Positions 1 through 10,308 of a DNA stretch of 26,230 nucleotides are shown piece by piece. Positions within the stretch are counted from its first letter, which is position 1. Every line of letters starts with the position of its first letter. The translations under genes and the position numbers were made by a program. Below the pieces are notes generated by a model. The model searched no databases and had not been told where the DNA came from. It saw only the letters and a program-made list of their open reading frames with translations. Source of the DNA: Octopus sinensis (taxonomy: Eukaryota); assembly GCF_006345805.1 (NCBI RefSeq), contig NW_021835575.1:1-26230 (forward strand), written 5' to 3'.

Positions 1-769
1 CAAATGACGGTTAGTAAGGAGAGACACAATACGAAGAAGAAAACAAAGGACCACTGATGCGGTCACAGGAGTGTGACGAAAGAACTCTGGCCGAAATAAA
101 ATTAAGATTAATGTAAAAAATAATATCACTGAAGCAAAATAACACCAAATATATAGTGCGTGTGTTTTTATTGGCTAAACTGGCAATATGACCATTCCGA
201 AATATAACAATATATATAAACATATATTAATATATGCATTTATATTTGTATATTCATTCACACACATGTTTCTATGAATGTGGATGTATTCATTTATACA
301 TTATAAACATACAGTACATTTACACCATAGCAGATAAAGAGAGAGACTAATCTCTGAAAAATAGCGGAAATATGTGCGCTTAATTAATTTATATATATAT
401 ATTTATCACTATTCTTAATGGAAGTAAATTAATATTCTATTACTGCCTCTAGTTCTGTTGATAAAAATATATTACTTCCCCTGGTACTGTCAATATCTGT
501 CTTTTATATTAACACAATATTGCCTAAAACAAGTTAAGCAGTGATGAAATTAAATCATTATTAATTACAAAACGATGAATATCTTTGAAAAAGTGAAACC
601 AGTAGATTTAGAAACAGTACTTTTACTCATTAAAGTTTTTGACGCTTTCTGTTTTACATACATACACTCCTACACTCCTGCCCCGCATACACACACCATA
701 CACCATATAATTAATACATATTATATTATATATATATTAGTATATAACATATAAGTATTTAGTATATTG

Positions 770-778
<9 letters not shown>

Positions 779-818
<40 letters not shown>
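779..818. repeat. (TA)n microsatellite
   Basis: Uninterrupted TA run read directly from the sequence. Confidence 0.98.
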
Positions 819-822
<4 letters not shown>

Positions 823-1099
823 GGATGGTTATTAGCCATGATGAAAACTTTAGGATGCAAATTCATAAATACTTTAATGCTTTGCTACGCACGTTTCTAC
901 AAAGCACACAATTTTTGTGGCTGTATTCCCTATCCATAGGACATTACAAATTTAATTTGCAATATCCATGGTTTTTTTAAGGGGAGCCATTATTGCATGT
1001 TTGACGATGGGGATAATAAGCGGTAGCCAGAAAAAAAAAAAACATTTTATGAGCTCCCCCAAAAACCTTTTCCATAAACGAACATAAACGATATAAAAT

Positions 1100-1415
<316 letters not shown>

Positions 1416-1754
1416 GTTTGAATAATCGGCGATGTGAAGTTCCGATTCAAGAAACTTCTAATAAGATAGACACACAATTTCTTTGATTTATTGAGAACGT
1501 TTTTCTTCGAGTGTAAAAACAGACGGTCACCATTATGTGTGTGTGTTGATTTATCTACCCAATTCTACATTGCGCATCCACAAACACACACGCGCACATA
1601 CACTGAGGCATACACATACACACAGACAAACAAACATACGCGTGTGTGTTTTAAAAGTAATGGAATTTTTTTGGTTATATCTGTCTTTTGAAACATTTAA
1701 TTAAACTTTAATCTTTTTCGCTTCTACTTTCGAGGTTTAATCCCAGAGCAGGTT

Positions 1755-1756
<2 letters not shown>

Positions 1757-1827
<71 letters not shown>

Positions 1828-2043
1828 GACGCACACACACGCCACACACATGCACACACAGAGACACACACACATTCATACAAATAAACAGATAAACTTA
1901 CTCATATAAATACATCTCGTTGATACATATATGCATACATATATATATATATATATAATATATATGTATGTATATATATTTATGTGTGTGTGTGTGTGTG
2001 TAAACATGTATGTGTCTGCTTGCGAATGTTATGCATGTATATA

Positions 2044-2081
<38 letters not shown>

Positions 2082-2290
2082 ATCGCCATGTTGATTCGTT
2101 AGCTACTGCACGCATTTTTTCTCTCTTCTTTCTGTGGTTTTTTTCTCTCTCTGTGTATCTTTCTGTTGAAGAGCGTAGGCTCGAACCGTTAAAGACTTGT
2201 TTTATTTATATTTCTGAGCGCCATACTACTACAATTGTTCGTTTGTTCCACCTGCCTTCGTCTTTTGTCTATTTTCATAAAAGCTTCCGT

Positions 2291-2382
<92 letters not shown>

Positions 2383-3016
2383 CACATATGTACGTATGAA
2401 TATATATATGTGGGTATATATATATGTTGCGCATATGTATCTATACAAATATACCCTCAAATGCACACATAAGAGATGTAGGAAAAAATACGAATGAAAA
2501 TAATGCATACACCGGTGTATGTTTGTGTAGGAATGAAGTAGATAGTATACATGCATTTGCCATTTAACTTCCACACACATATCTACATGCACAATATATA
2601 TATATATGATATATATATATATAGATATATTATATATATATATATATAATATATATATATATATGATATATATATATGTATATATATTATATATGTATAT
2701 ATATATATGTATATTATATGTATATGTAGATATATATATATATATATATGTAGATATATATATGTATATTATATATATATATATATATTATATATATTAT
2801 ATATCGATATATATATATATATATATATAATATATATATCAACAGGGAGAGAGACAGAGAAAGATAGACGATAGACTGAGAAAAAGCGATAATACGGAGA
2901 CCATTTAATACAATGTATATACATACCTATGACACACAACATATATGTATATGTTAATATTGTATATATATGTATATATATATGCATATATGTGTATCTA
3001 TATGTGTGTATATATA

Positions 3017-3049
<33 letters not shown>

Positions 3050-3237
3050 GTGTATATGTATGCATATATGTGTACGTACATATGTATATATATATGTACA
3101 TATGCATGTATATATATATATATATATAGATATATACACCTATGCATATGTGAGCGTGTGTGTTTGTGTGTATGTGTATGTATGTATATATGTATGCAGG
3201 TATGCATACATGCATACGTACATACATATTCATAGGT

Positions 3238-3272
<35 letters not shown>

Positions 3273-3300
3273 CACACGTATACACACACACGCATATGTA
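1757..3300. repeat. Cluster of (CA)n, (TA)n, (TG)n and TATG-type microsatellites with short unique spacers
   Basis: Read directly; this explains the IY/VC/TH-repeat ORFs in the track. Confidence 0.95.
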
Positions 3301-3444
3301 TAGATATACAATGGCGACTTTTATCTCGAATGGCGAGAAAGAGGAAAGATTGCAATTCAAGAAGCCTTAAAGTCATGAAATTATGGAAGTATCTTGACTG
3401 TACGTAATTATCTCCGTGCCAGCGGAATTGGAATCTGTATATAC

Positions 3445-3522
3445 TACTACTACTACTACTATTGCTACTACTACTACTGGCTACTACTACTACTAACTAC
3501 TACTACTACTACTACTACTACC
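3445..3522. repeat. (TAC)n microsatellite
   Basis: Read directly. Confidence 0.95.
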
Positions 3523-3528
3523 TCCACC

Positions 3529-3742
3529 GCGTGCTAACGTTACTGCCAGCTCCGCCGCCTTTTAAACGGATTAAGTCGATTACATCGACCCCAGTGCGTG
3601 ACTGGTACTTAATTTATCGACCCCCGCCCGAAAGGATGAAAGGCAAAGTCGACCTCGGTGGAATTTGAACTCAGAACGTAACCGCAGACGAAATGCCGCT
3701 AAGCATTTCGCCCGGCGTGCAAACGTTTCTGCCAGCTCGCTG

Positions 3743-3743
<1 letters not shown>
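3529..3743 (-). mobile_element. SINE family A: 5'-end fragment (3529-3560) plus a tail-truncated copy (3564-3743)
   Basis: Reverse complement matches the + copies at 4789, 17563 and 18937: A-box-like TGGCAGAAACG, B-box-like GAGTTCAAATTCC, and central GTCGACTTTGCCTTTCATCCTTTCGGGGTCGAT. Confidence 0.9.
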
Positions 3744-3744
<1 letters not shown>

Positions 3745-3793
<49 letters not shown>

Positions 3794-3842
3794 TAATAAT
3801 AACAATACCTCCGCCAATAATAATGATAATAATAACAACAAC

Positions 3843-3876
<34 letters not shown>

Positions 3877-3910
3877 GTATTATTATTACTATTATTATTA
3901 TTATTAGTAA

Positions 3911-3942
<32 letters not shown>

Positions 3943-3952
3943 GTATTAGTAT

Positions 3953-4011
<59 letters not shown>

Positions 4012-4044
4012 TTAGTAGTAGTAGTAGTATTAGTAGTAGTAGTA

Positions 4045-4089
<45 letters not shown>

Positions 4090-4130
4090 GTAGTATTAAT
4101 AGTAGTAGTAGTAGTAGTAGTAGTGGTTGT
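3745..4130. repeat. Compound (AAT)n/(TAG)n/(TAT)n trinucleotide array
   Basis: Read directly. Confidence 0.97.
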
Positions 4131-4530
4131 AGTCGCAACCGTGAACAATGAATAAACATAGGATTAGCAACATACACTAATTAGATAAATAAATAAATAT
4201 AAAAGATAATATTGTAATCTGATGTGATGGCCATATCTTGTTTTTAGTTATTTATTTTTCCTTCAAGTATACATTATTGGCAGATGATTGCAGCAACAAC
4301 GATAAACTGATAAGGGCAACATAAAAGAACATAAAAAAACAAGACAAAGCAAAACAACAACAACAACAACAACAACGCAAACAAAACGAAACAAAATGGA
4401 AGTGAGGGTCAGAAGGTGGGGGAGTTTCAACAGAAATCTCTCACGGAATGGAATAAAAGGGACAAGAAAGAAACAAAGCAAAACAAAGCAAAAAGTTGTT
4501 ACAGCTATGGTCTTTAATATTGTTCCAATT

Positions 4531-4704
4531 TTTAGCACAAGGCCAGCAATTTTGGGGGAAGGGCAAAGTCTATTACATCCAACCCCCGGAAGGATGAAAG
4601 GTAATGTCGACATCGACAAAATTTGAACTCAGAACATAAAGGCAGACGAAATGACGCTAAGGCATCTTGCCCGTCGTGCTAAAGGTTCTGCCAGTTCGCC
4701 GCCT
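4531..4704 (-). mobile_element. SINE family A, diverged, with the short alternative tail (…CCCCCAAAATTGCTGGCCTTGTGCTAAA)
   Basis: Head and central domain align to the other A copies; the tail matches the one at 5140-5183. Confidence 0.85.
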
Positions 4705-4749
4705 TCACTGTGGTCTTTGATATTGATTCCGATGTTTGGTACCATGCCA

Positions 4750-5312
4750 GCGATTTCAACTGTGTTCAACTAATACTTATTTTATCAAGGCGGCGAGCTG
4801 GCAGAAACGTTAGCACACCAGGCGAAATGCTCAGCAGTATTTTTCTGCCGCTACGTTCTGAGTTCAAATTCCGCCGAGGTCGACTTTGCCTTTCATCCTT
4901 TCGGGGTCGATTAAATAAGTACCAGTTACGCACTGGAGTCGATATAATCGACTTAATCCGTTTGTCTGTCCTTGTTTGTCCTCTCTGTGTTTAGCCGCTT
5001 GTGGGTAGCAAAGAAATAGGTATTTCGTCTGCCGTTACGTTGTGAGTTCAAATTCCGCCGAGGTCGACTTTGCCTTTCATCCTTTCGGGGTCGATTAAAT
5101 AAATACCAGTTGCGTACTGGAGTCGATCTAATCGACAGGTTCCCTTCCCTAAAATTTCGGGCCTTGTGCCTAGAGTAGAGAAAAATACTTATTTTATCGA
5201 CCCCGCCGAAAGGATGAAAGGTAAAGTCGACCTCGGCGGAATTTGAACTCAGAGCGTAAAGACAGACGAAATGAGGCTAAGCATTTTACCCGGCATGCTA
5301 ACGAATCTACCG
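4750..5312 (-). mobile_element. Older SINE A copy split into 4750-4786 and 5184-5312 by the + dimer
   Basis: Joining the two halves at the TSD restores …TACTTATTTTATCGACCCC…GAAAGGATGAAAGG…, the minus-strand A body. Confidence 0.8.
4789..5183 (+). mobile_element. SINE family A dimer (head + long-tail unit + short-tail unit) with a 15-bp TSD
   Basis: AATACTTATTTTATC occurs at 4772-4786 and 5184-5198; the internal unit restarts at AAATAGG|TATTTCGTCTGCC (~5021). Confidence 0.92.
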
Positions 5313-5759
5313 TCTCACAACACACGGGTAAAAAATAAATATAAGAAAAAAACAATACAAAAAAACTAACTGGCTGTTCATATTTGAAATGCATTTGATT
5401 ATATTTCTGCTGAAGCAGGGCTAACTTGGGGACTAAAAAACATCAAAGATAATGACGTCATTAGTTACTTTGATACAAACATAAGAAAATTCTTGTTTGC
5501 GTAAATTCCGGTCGCTTAAGACATAGAAATTCTGAATTTGAAGTAAGGATTCTCTTCTTTCAGAGTTTGTTTACGTAGGCGTATTGAAATATTAGATTTT
5601 TTTTGTTTTTTTTACCGAGAATATGTCTTTATGCGTTTTGCTCAAGTAGAAGAATTGGAATGAAATGATTGGCTGTTTGGATGTTGACAATTTAGCAACG
5701 CTGATTGGATATTCAACCTATTTTGGCGTCAATTACATTTCGGCACTTGAAACACGCCG

Positions 5760-6290
5760 CGCGCACACACACATACACACACACACACAGACACACACAA
5801 ACACGCATCCAGACACACTCACACACACACTCAGACACACATACGCACAATCAGACAGACACACACACAAACACACAAGCACAAACACACACTCACATAC
5901 AAGCACTCAGACACACATACGCATACACACACACTCAGACAGACACACACAAGCACAAGCACAAGCACACACTCACACACAAGCACTCAGACACAAGCAC
6001 ACTCACGTGTGTGCAGAATTATGCACATACAGATAGCTAGAAAGAGAGAGAGAGAGGGGGGAGAAAGAGGAGGAGAAAGAGAGACATTACAGTTCATTTG
6101 ACACTTTTCCTCTCCTCATGCACATAAGGAGAAATATGCTCACACACATACACAAAGAGCAAGAGAAAGAGAGAGAGAGGGGGAAAGGAAGGGCGAGAGT
6201 GAGAGTTAGTAAGAGAGAGGAACGGAGAGAGAAAGAAACCGAAAAAGAAGGAGAGAGAGAGAGAAAGAGAGAAAGAAAGAGAGAGAGAGA
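5760..6290. repeat. CA-rich and GA-rich low-complexity microsatellite tracts
   Basis: Read directly. Confidence 0.9.
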
Positions 6291-6726
6291 AAACAGAACG
6301 TTTGATGTCAAGTAAGTCAGCATTGAACCAGCGACACCAAAGAGGCGGTACCAAAACGTCTGCGCCAAAACGTCGTATAGTTCAGAAGAACAGGATTTGA
6401 CCTTATTATGTGGCTTAAGGATTAACAACTAACATTTAATACAGAGCTGCACGTTTCGTTGCATCTAATTTTACGTTAGTATTTCCTGGAATAATATGAA
6501 CTTGCAAATCTTTAGATCTTTCTAAAACATATACGAGAAGGTAGCCAAAAGTAACCGGAAACGTTCTCTGTAGGACAAGCTCTTTGCAGTTCAGGCTTCC
6601 GCCGCTAGAAGCCATTTGATGCGACCCGCAGGCATCAGTCTGTGACTGGCGTCGTCCAGTGAGGTCGTACTGCACGTGTTGCGTCTTTGTTTTACAATGC
6701 TTCTTCCCTGTTCGCCCGTTTTTGCG

Positions 6727-7329
6727 ATGGCTGAAACGAAGTAATAGCGTGCTTCCGTGAAATTCTGTTTTCTGTAAGGGAAAACGGCGACCGAAACAGT
6801 TATCATGCTTCAAACAGCTTACAAGGACGCTGCCATGAGCAAAACACAAGTTTACGAGTGGTTTTTACGCTTTATGAATTGCTACTTGTCGCTCGAAGAC
6901 CAACTTCGTTAAGGGTGACTGTCGACCTCCCGAAAGTATGAAAATATCCCGAAAATTCATTAACTGATCTTGGAGGACCGTCGCCGAACAATTTAAATGA
7001 CTGGTGTGCCCTGGATCTGCTGCTAACGAATTTTGGACGAAGAATTGCGAATGAAAAGAGTTGCAATAAAATTTGTACATGGCTTGCTCAGAAGATCAAA
7101 AGCAGTCACCCAATCTTGCTCTCTGCGACTCTTTTTTTTGTTCCCCCTAATAAAAAAGGCCTCACACGAAAACGTTTTGCAGATATGGAAGAGGTGAAGA
7201 AAAAAAGCGACGGAGACATTAAAAGGTATCACTTCGCAAGAGTTCCAGGACTGTTTCAAGCAGCATAAAACGTGTTTGAGCCGATGCATTGGAGAATATT
7301 CTGAAGGCGATAAAATGGTAAACATATAA
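6727..7329 (+). pseudogene. Mariner transposase pseudogene (HTH domains joined to the C-terminus; catalytic core deleted)
   Basis: Manual translation: MAETK**RASVKFCFL*GKTATETVIMLQTAYKDAAMSKTQVYEWFLRF…SLEDQLR*G*LSTSR…EDRRRTI…RILDEELRMKRVAIKFVHGLL…EDQKQ|SPNLALCDSFF (YSPDLAPxD-like)…KRFADMEEVKK…EFQDCFKQHKTCLSRCIGEYSEGDK. Many stops and frameshifts. Confidence 0.9.
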
Positions 7330-7342
7330 GACTAAGTGAATA

Positions 7343-7549
7343 ACGGAGATGTACTTGCATAGCTAGTGTCTTGATCTGAGATCGTGTGCTGGAACGAAAA
7401 CAATTGCAGCGTGGAAGGTGTTTATAAGCCATTTAAGAAACACACAAAAACCGTTCGATTCACTTCAACATTTAAATTTAATTTGTTAAAATATTTTCGT
7501 CGCTTTGAGACCGCGACCTGTTCACTAACAAAACTTCGTGCTGCATTTC
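7343..7549 (-). mobile_element. ~210-bp insertion carrying a hammerhead motif (Penelope-like terminal repeat or retrozyme-like monomer)
   Basis: It interrupts the mariner between its stop codon and 3' end and is flanked by AAGTGAATA at 7334-7342 and 7550-7558. The class assignment is inference. Confidence 0.55.
7482..7532 (-). ncRNA. Minimal type I hammerhead ribozyme, G3-C8 core variant
   Basis: Minus strand reads UUUGUUA-GUGAACA-G-GUCGC(GGUCUCAAA)GCGAC-GAA-AAUAUU-U-UAACAAA: 7-bp stem I, 5-bp stem II, palindromic stem III. Activity untested. Confidence 0.72.
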
Positions 7550-7691
7550 AAGTGAATACGTGAATAAGATGTTGCAAAATATCTTTATTTTGGGTATCCG
7601 GAATTTAAGGCGAAATATTCAATAACGTAGAGTAGGTTTATATTGTAAGCTGGTGCTTACAAGGCATATTTGTTTCGAGTCTCGAAATCCT

Positions 7692-7831
7692 GAGAGTGCA
7701 AATTAAATGATAAAATCCAGATTTTACCTATGTGTAAAATATTTCGCCGAAGTCGACTTTCGGGGTCAATAAAAGAAGTATTAGTCGAGTACTTGAGGCG
7801 CCGTAGTCGACTAGCGTCCTCTTTCAAAATG
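7692..7831 (+). repeat. Dispersed 140-bp repeat, copy 1 (derived from SINE A)
   Basis: Ungapped alignment to 10309-10448 shows 11 mismatches by manual count. Confidence 0.85.
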
Positions 7832-8320
7832 GTCATCTGATGGCATTTCAATTAAGAATTTCGTTATAATATATTTTCTTAACATTATTATACATGTATC
7901 TTGTACGCATACTGTATAACGATACATGAAATATAATATTTTATATGAATATAACGTATAGTAATACATCGTAATAAATCCTTGAACATTATTATTTATT
8001 ATGTTGGAATAAACCATAATAAAGTTTGCTTCTTTGAAAATTTGTAAAAGAAACAGATTCAAACAGACTGAAATAAACTTTATTTGTTACTAAAATAGAT
8101 AAAGATAAATTTCTGCGCTTGCATTTTTTAATATTTCCTTAGAAATTTACGACGTTATCTAATTTATGGTATTTACTGTCCATCAGAACTTGCGCACTTT
8201 CTGTGTTTTATGCTTCTTGCCAAAAAGTGCGGATGTAATGTTAAATAAAACATATTCTTCCAAAATATATTTGATACACATTTTACAATTTGCTGCACAA
8301 ATATGTAACACTTGACCAAT

Positions 8321-8714
8321 GGATGATGATGGAAGCACTCCGTCGGTTACGACGATGGGGGTTCCGGTTGATCCGAATCAACGGAACAGCCTGCTCGTGA
8401 AATTAACGTGTAAGTGGCTGAGCACTCCACAGACACGTGCACCCTTAACGTAGTTCTCGGGGATATTCAGCGTGACACAGAGAGTGACGAGGCCGGCCCT
8501 TTGAAATACAGGTACAACAGAAACAGGAAGTAAGAGTGAGAGAAAGTTGTGGTGAAAGAGTACAGCAGGGATCACCACCATCCCCTGCCGGAGTCTCGTG
8601 GAACTTTTAGGTGTTTTCGCTCAATAAACACTCACAACGCCCGGTCTGGGAATCGAAACCGCGATCCTATGACCGCGAGTCCGCTGCCCTAACCACTGGG
8701 CCATTGCGCCTCCA
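8321..8714 (-). mobile_element. SINE family B, tail type 1 ending in (CAT)n, flanked by 86-bp direct repeats
   Basis: Head TGGAGGCGCAATGGCCCAGTGGTTAGGGCAGCGGACTCGCGG…GGTTTCGATTCCC gives A and B boxes. Direct repeats at 8235-8320 and 8716-8801 match at 84/86. Confidence 0.93.
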
Positions 8715-8829
8715 CGTAATGTTAAATAAAACATATTCTGCCAAAATATATTTGAAACACATTTTACAATTTGCTGCACAAATATGTAACACTTGACCAA
8801 TATCGTTGTAGCAAACAAATAAGTAGCCA

Positions 8830-8975
8830 CAAGCGTAGCTGTGGGGTAAGAGACTTGCTTACCAACCACATGGTTCTGGGTTCAGTCCCAATGTGTGGAA
8901 CCTCGCACATTTGTCTTCTACTATAGTCTCGGGCCGACCAAAACCTTGTGAGTTGATTTGGTAGACGGAAATTGT
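8830..8975 (+). mobile_element. SINE family C, 5' half (tRNA-like head plus CORE-like segment)
   Basis: Homologous to the reverse complement of 23190-23322; B-box-like GGGTTCAGTCCC. Confidence 0.8.
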
Positions 8976-9035
8976 ATATATGTGTGTGTGTGTGTAGGAG
9001 ACAAACACAAACACAGACAGACAGACAGACAGACA

Positions 9036-9075
<40 letters not shown>

Positions 9076-9139
9076 ATTTCCGCCTACCACTCATTCGCTC
9101 ATTCACTCACTCACATACATCAATACAGACAAACATACA

Positions 9140-9345
9140 TAAGCATACGGCCAGGAATTTTGGGTGAGGCGATAAGTTAATTAAGGTGTCCCCAGTACAT
9201 GACTGGTACTTTATTCTTTTCGATCTGGAAGAGATGAAAGGCAAAAATGATCTCAGCAGGATATGGACCCAGAAAGGCAAAGAACCAGGAAAAAAACGCC
9301 CTAAAGTAATGATTCTGTCAATCCAAAAGCTAAAAACTATATAAA
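9140..9345 (-). mobile_element. Old diverged SINE A copy with the short tail
   Basis: GGCCAGGAATTTTGGG…CCCCAGTACATGACTGGTACTT…GATGAAAGGCAAA…CTCAGCAGGATATGGACCCAGAA aligns to the minus-strand A body. Confidence 0.7.
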
Positions 9346-10147
9346 TAATAAACGGAATTCAGATCTCATTCTGAATTAAAAATACGAAAATGTTCATCAC
9401 CATTTCTGATTACAAACAACGCCTGATGATTGGTCAGAAATGGGATCTGGCTACGTGTTAGAGTAATTGTAGGTACAACAGATGCTCTTTTAATCCTTTC
9501 TTAGTAAAACCTCACCAGTTTCAATGAAGTTTCCCTGTCAAATATATTGAAGTAAATAAATAGTAAAAGAAAGAAAATCAACATCGCTGAATAAAAATTC
9601 AAACAGTTTAAATAAATTCTGTTTGTCTTCAGGAACACACACACAAAAAAAACAAACAACAACCCAAAAGCAAACAGTGACATAAATATATTTGATATAT
9701 TTACAAATAGTTTTTGTTTCATTTAATTTGAAACCGATAAATATACGTCTTTTGAAAAACAAAAAACCACGATTCCATTGTTATTTCATGAGAGAATTCT
9801 TTGAAAAACTCTAGAAAGTAAAATAAAACAAAAATTATAAGATAATGATAATAAAAAAACGTTTCTGATTGATTCGGTTACGTTTAAATGTAGAGATTAA
9901 AAATCGTTCGTATTGTCCATTTCTGTTTCGATCAACACATTCTAGCTAAATAAATAAAAGAACAAATGGAAACCTAAAAACAAATAATTGCCAAAAAAAA
10001 AAAAGGAAAGAATAAAATCCACTCCGTTTAGATATTTTCACTCATTAATTAGTTGTAAGGTTTTATTGTAGATATAGAGGAAGTTACCTATATATTGATA
10101 TTTAATACAGACCTAAATTTGTGGGAGATACCTGTATGGGGAAAGTG

Positions 10148-10300
10148 TGTATGTATGTATGCATGTATGTATGTATGCATGTATGTATGTATGTATGTAT
10201 GTATGTATGTGTGTGTGTATGTATGTATGTATGTATGTATGTATGTATGTATGTATGTATGCATGTATGTATGTATGTATGTATGTATGTATGTATATAT
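10148..10300. repeat. (TATG)n microsatellite
   Basis: Read directly. Confidence 0.97.
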
Positions 10301-10308
10301 GAATGTAC

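Larger units (their letters stand above)
6532..7600 (+). mobile_element. Decayed, internally deleted mariner (Tc1/mariner) DNA transposon
   Basis: Starts TA|CGAGAAGGTAGCCAAAAGTAACCGG (TA plus TIR-like end). A degenerate 3' TIR-like TTATTTTGGGTATCC lies near 7585-7599. Transposase motifs are listed in the next feature. Confidence 0.88.

Noticed and set aside
1898-4177. IY-, VC-, TH- and poly-N/T/L ORFs in the track
   Set aside because: These are translations of di-, tri- and tetranucleotide repeats.
6436-7325. Minus-strand ORFs of 64-137 aa
   Set aside because: They are antisense shadows of the mariner pseudogene on the + strand.
8640-8714. tRNA genes (also at 13578, 15056, 23968 and the A/C heads)
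   Set aside because: A and B boxes are present, but there is no closed acceptor stem and each runs into a shared SINE body with tails and TSDs.
9400-9443. Canonical CTGATGA…GAAA hammerhead candidate on the + strand
   Set aside because: Only 7 nt lie between the core and GAAA, with no stem II and no stem I partner. It is just a 10-bp inverted repeat (CCATTTCTGA/TCAGAAATGG).
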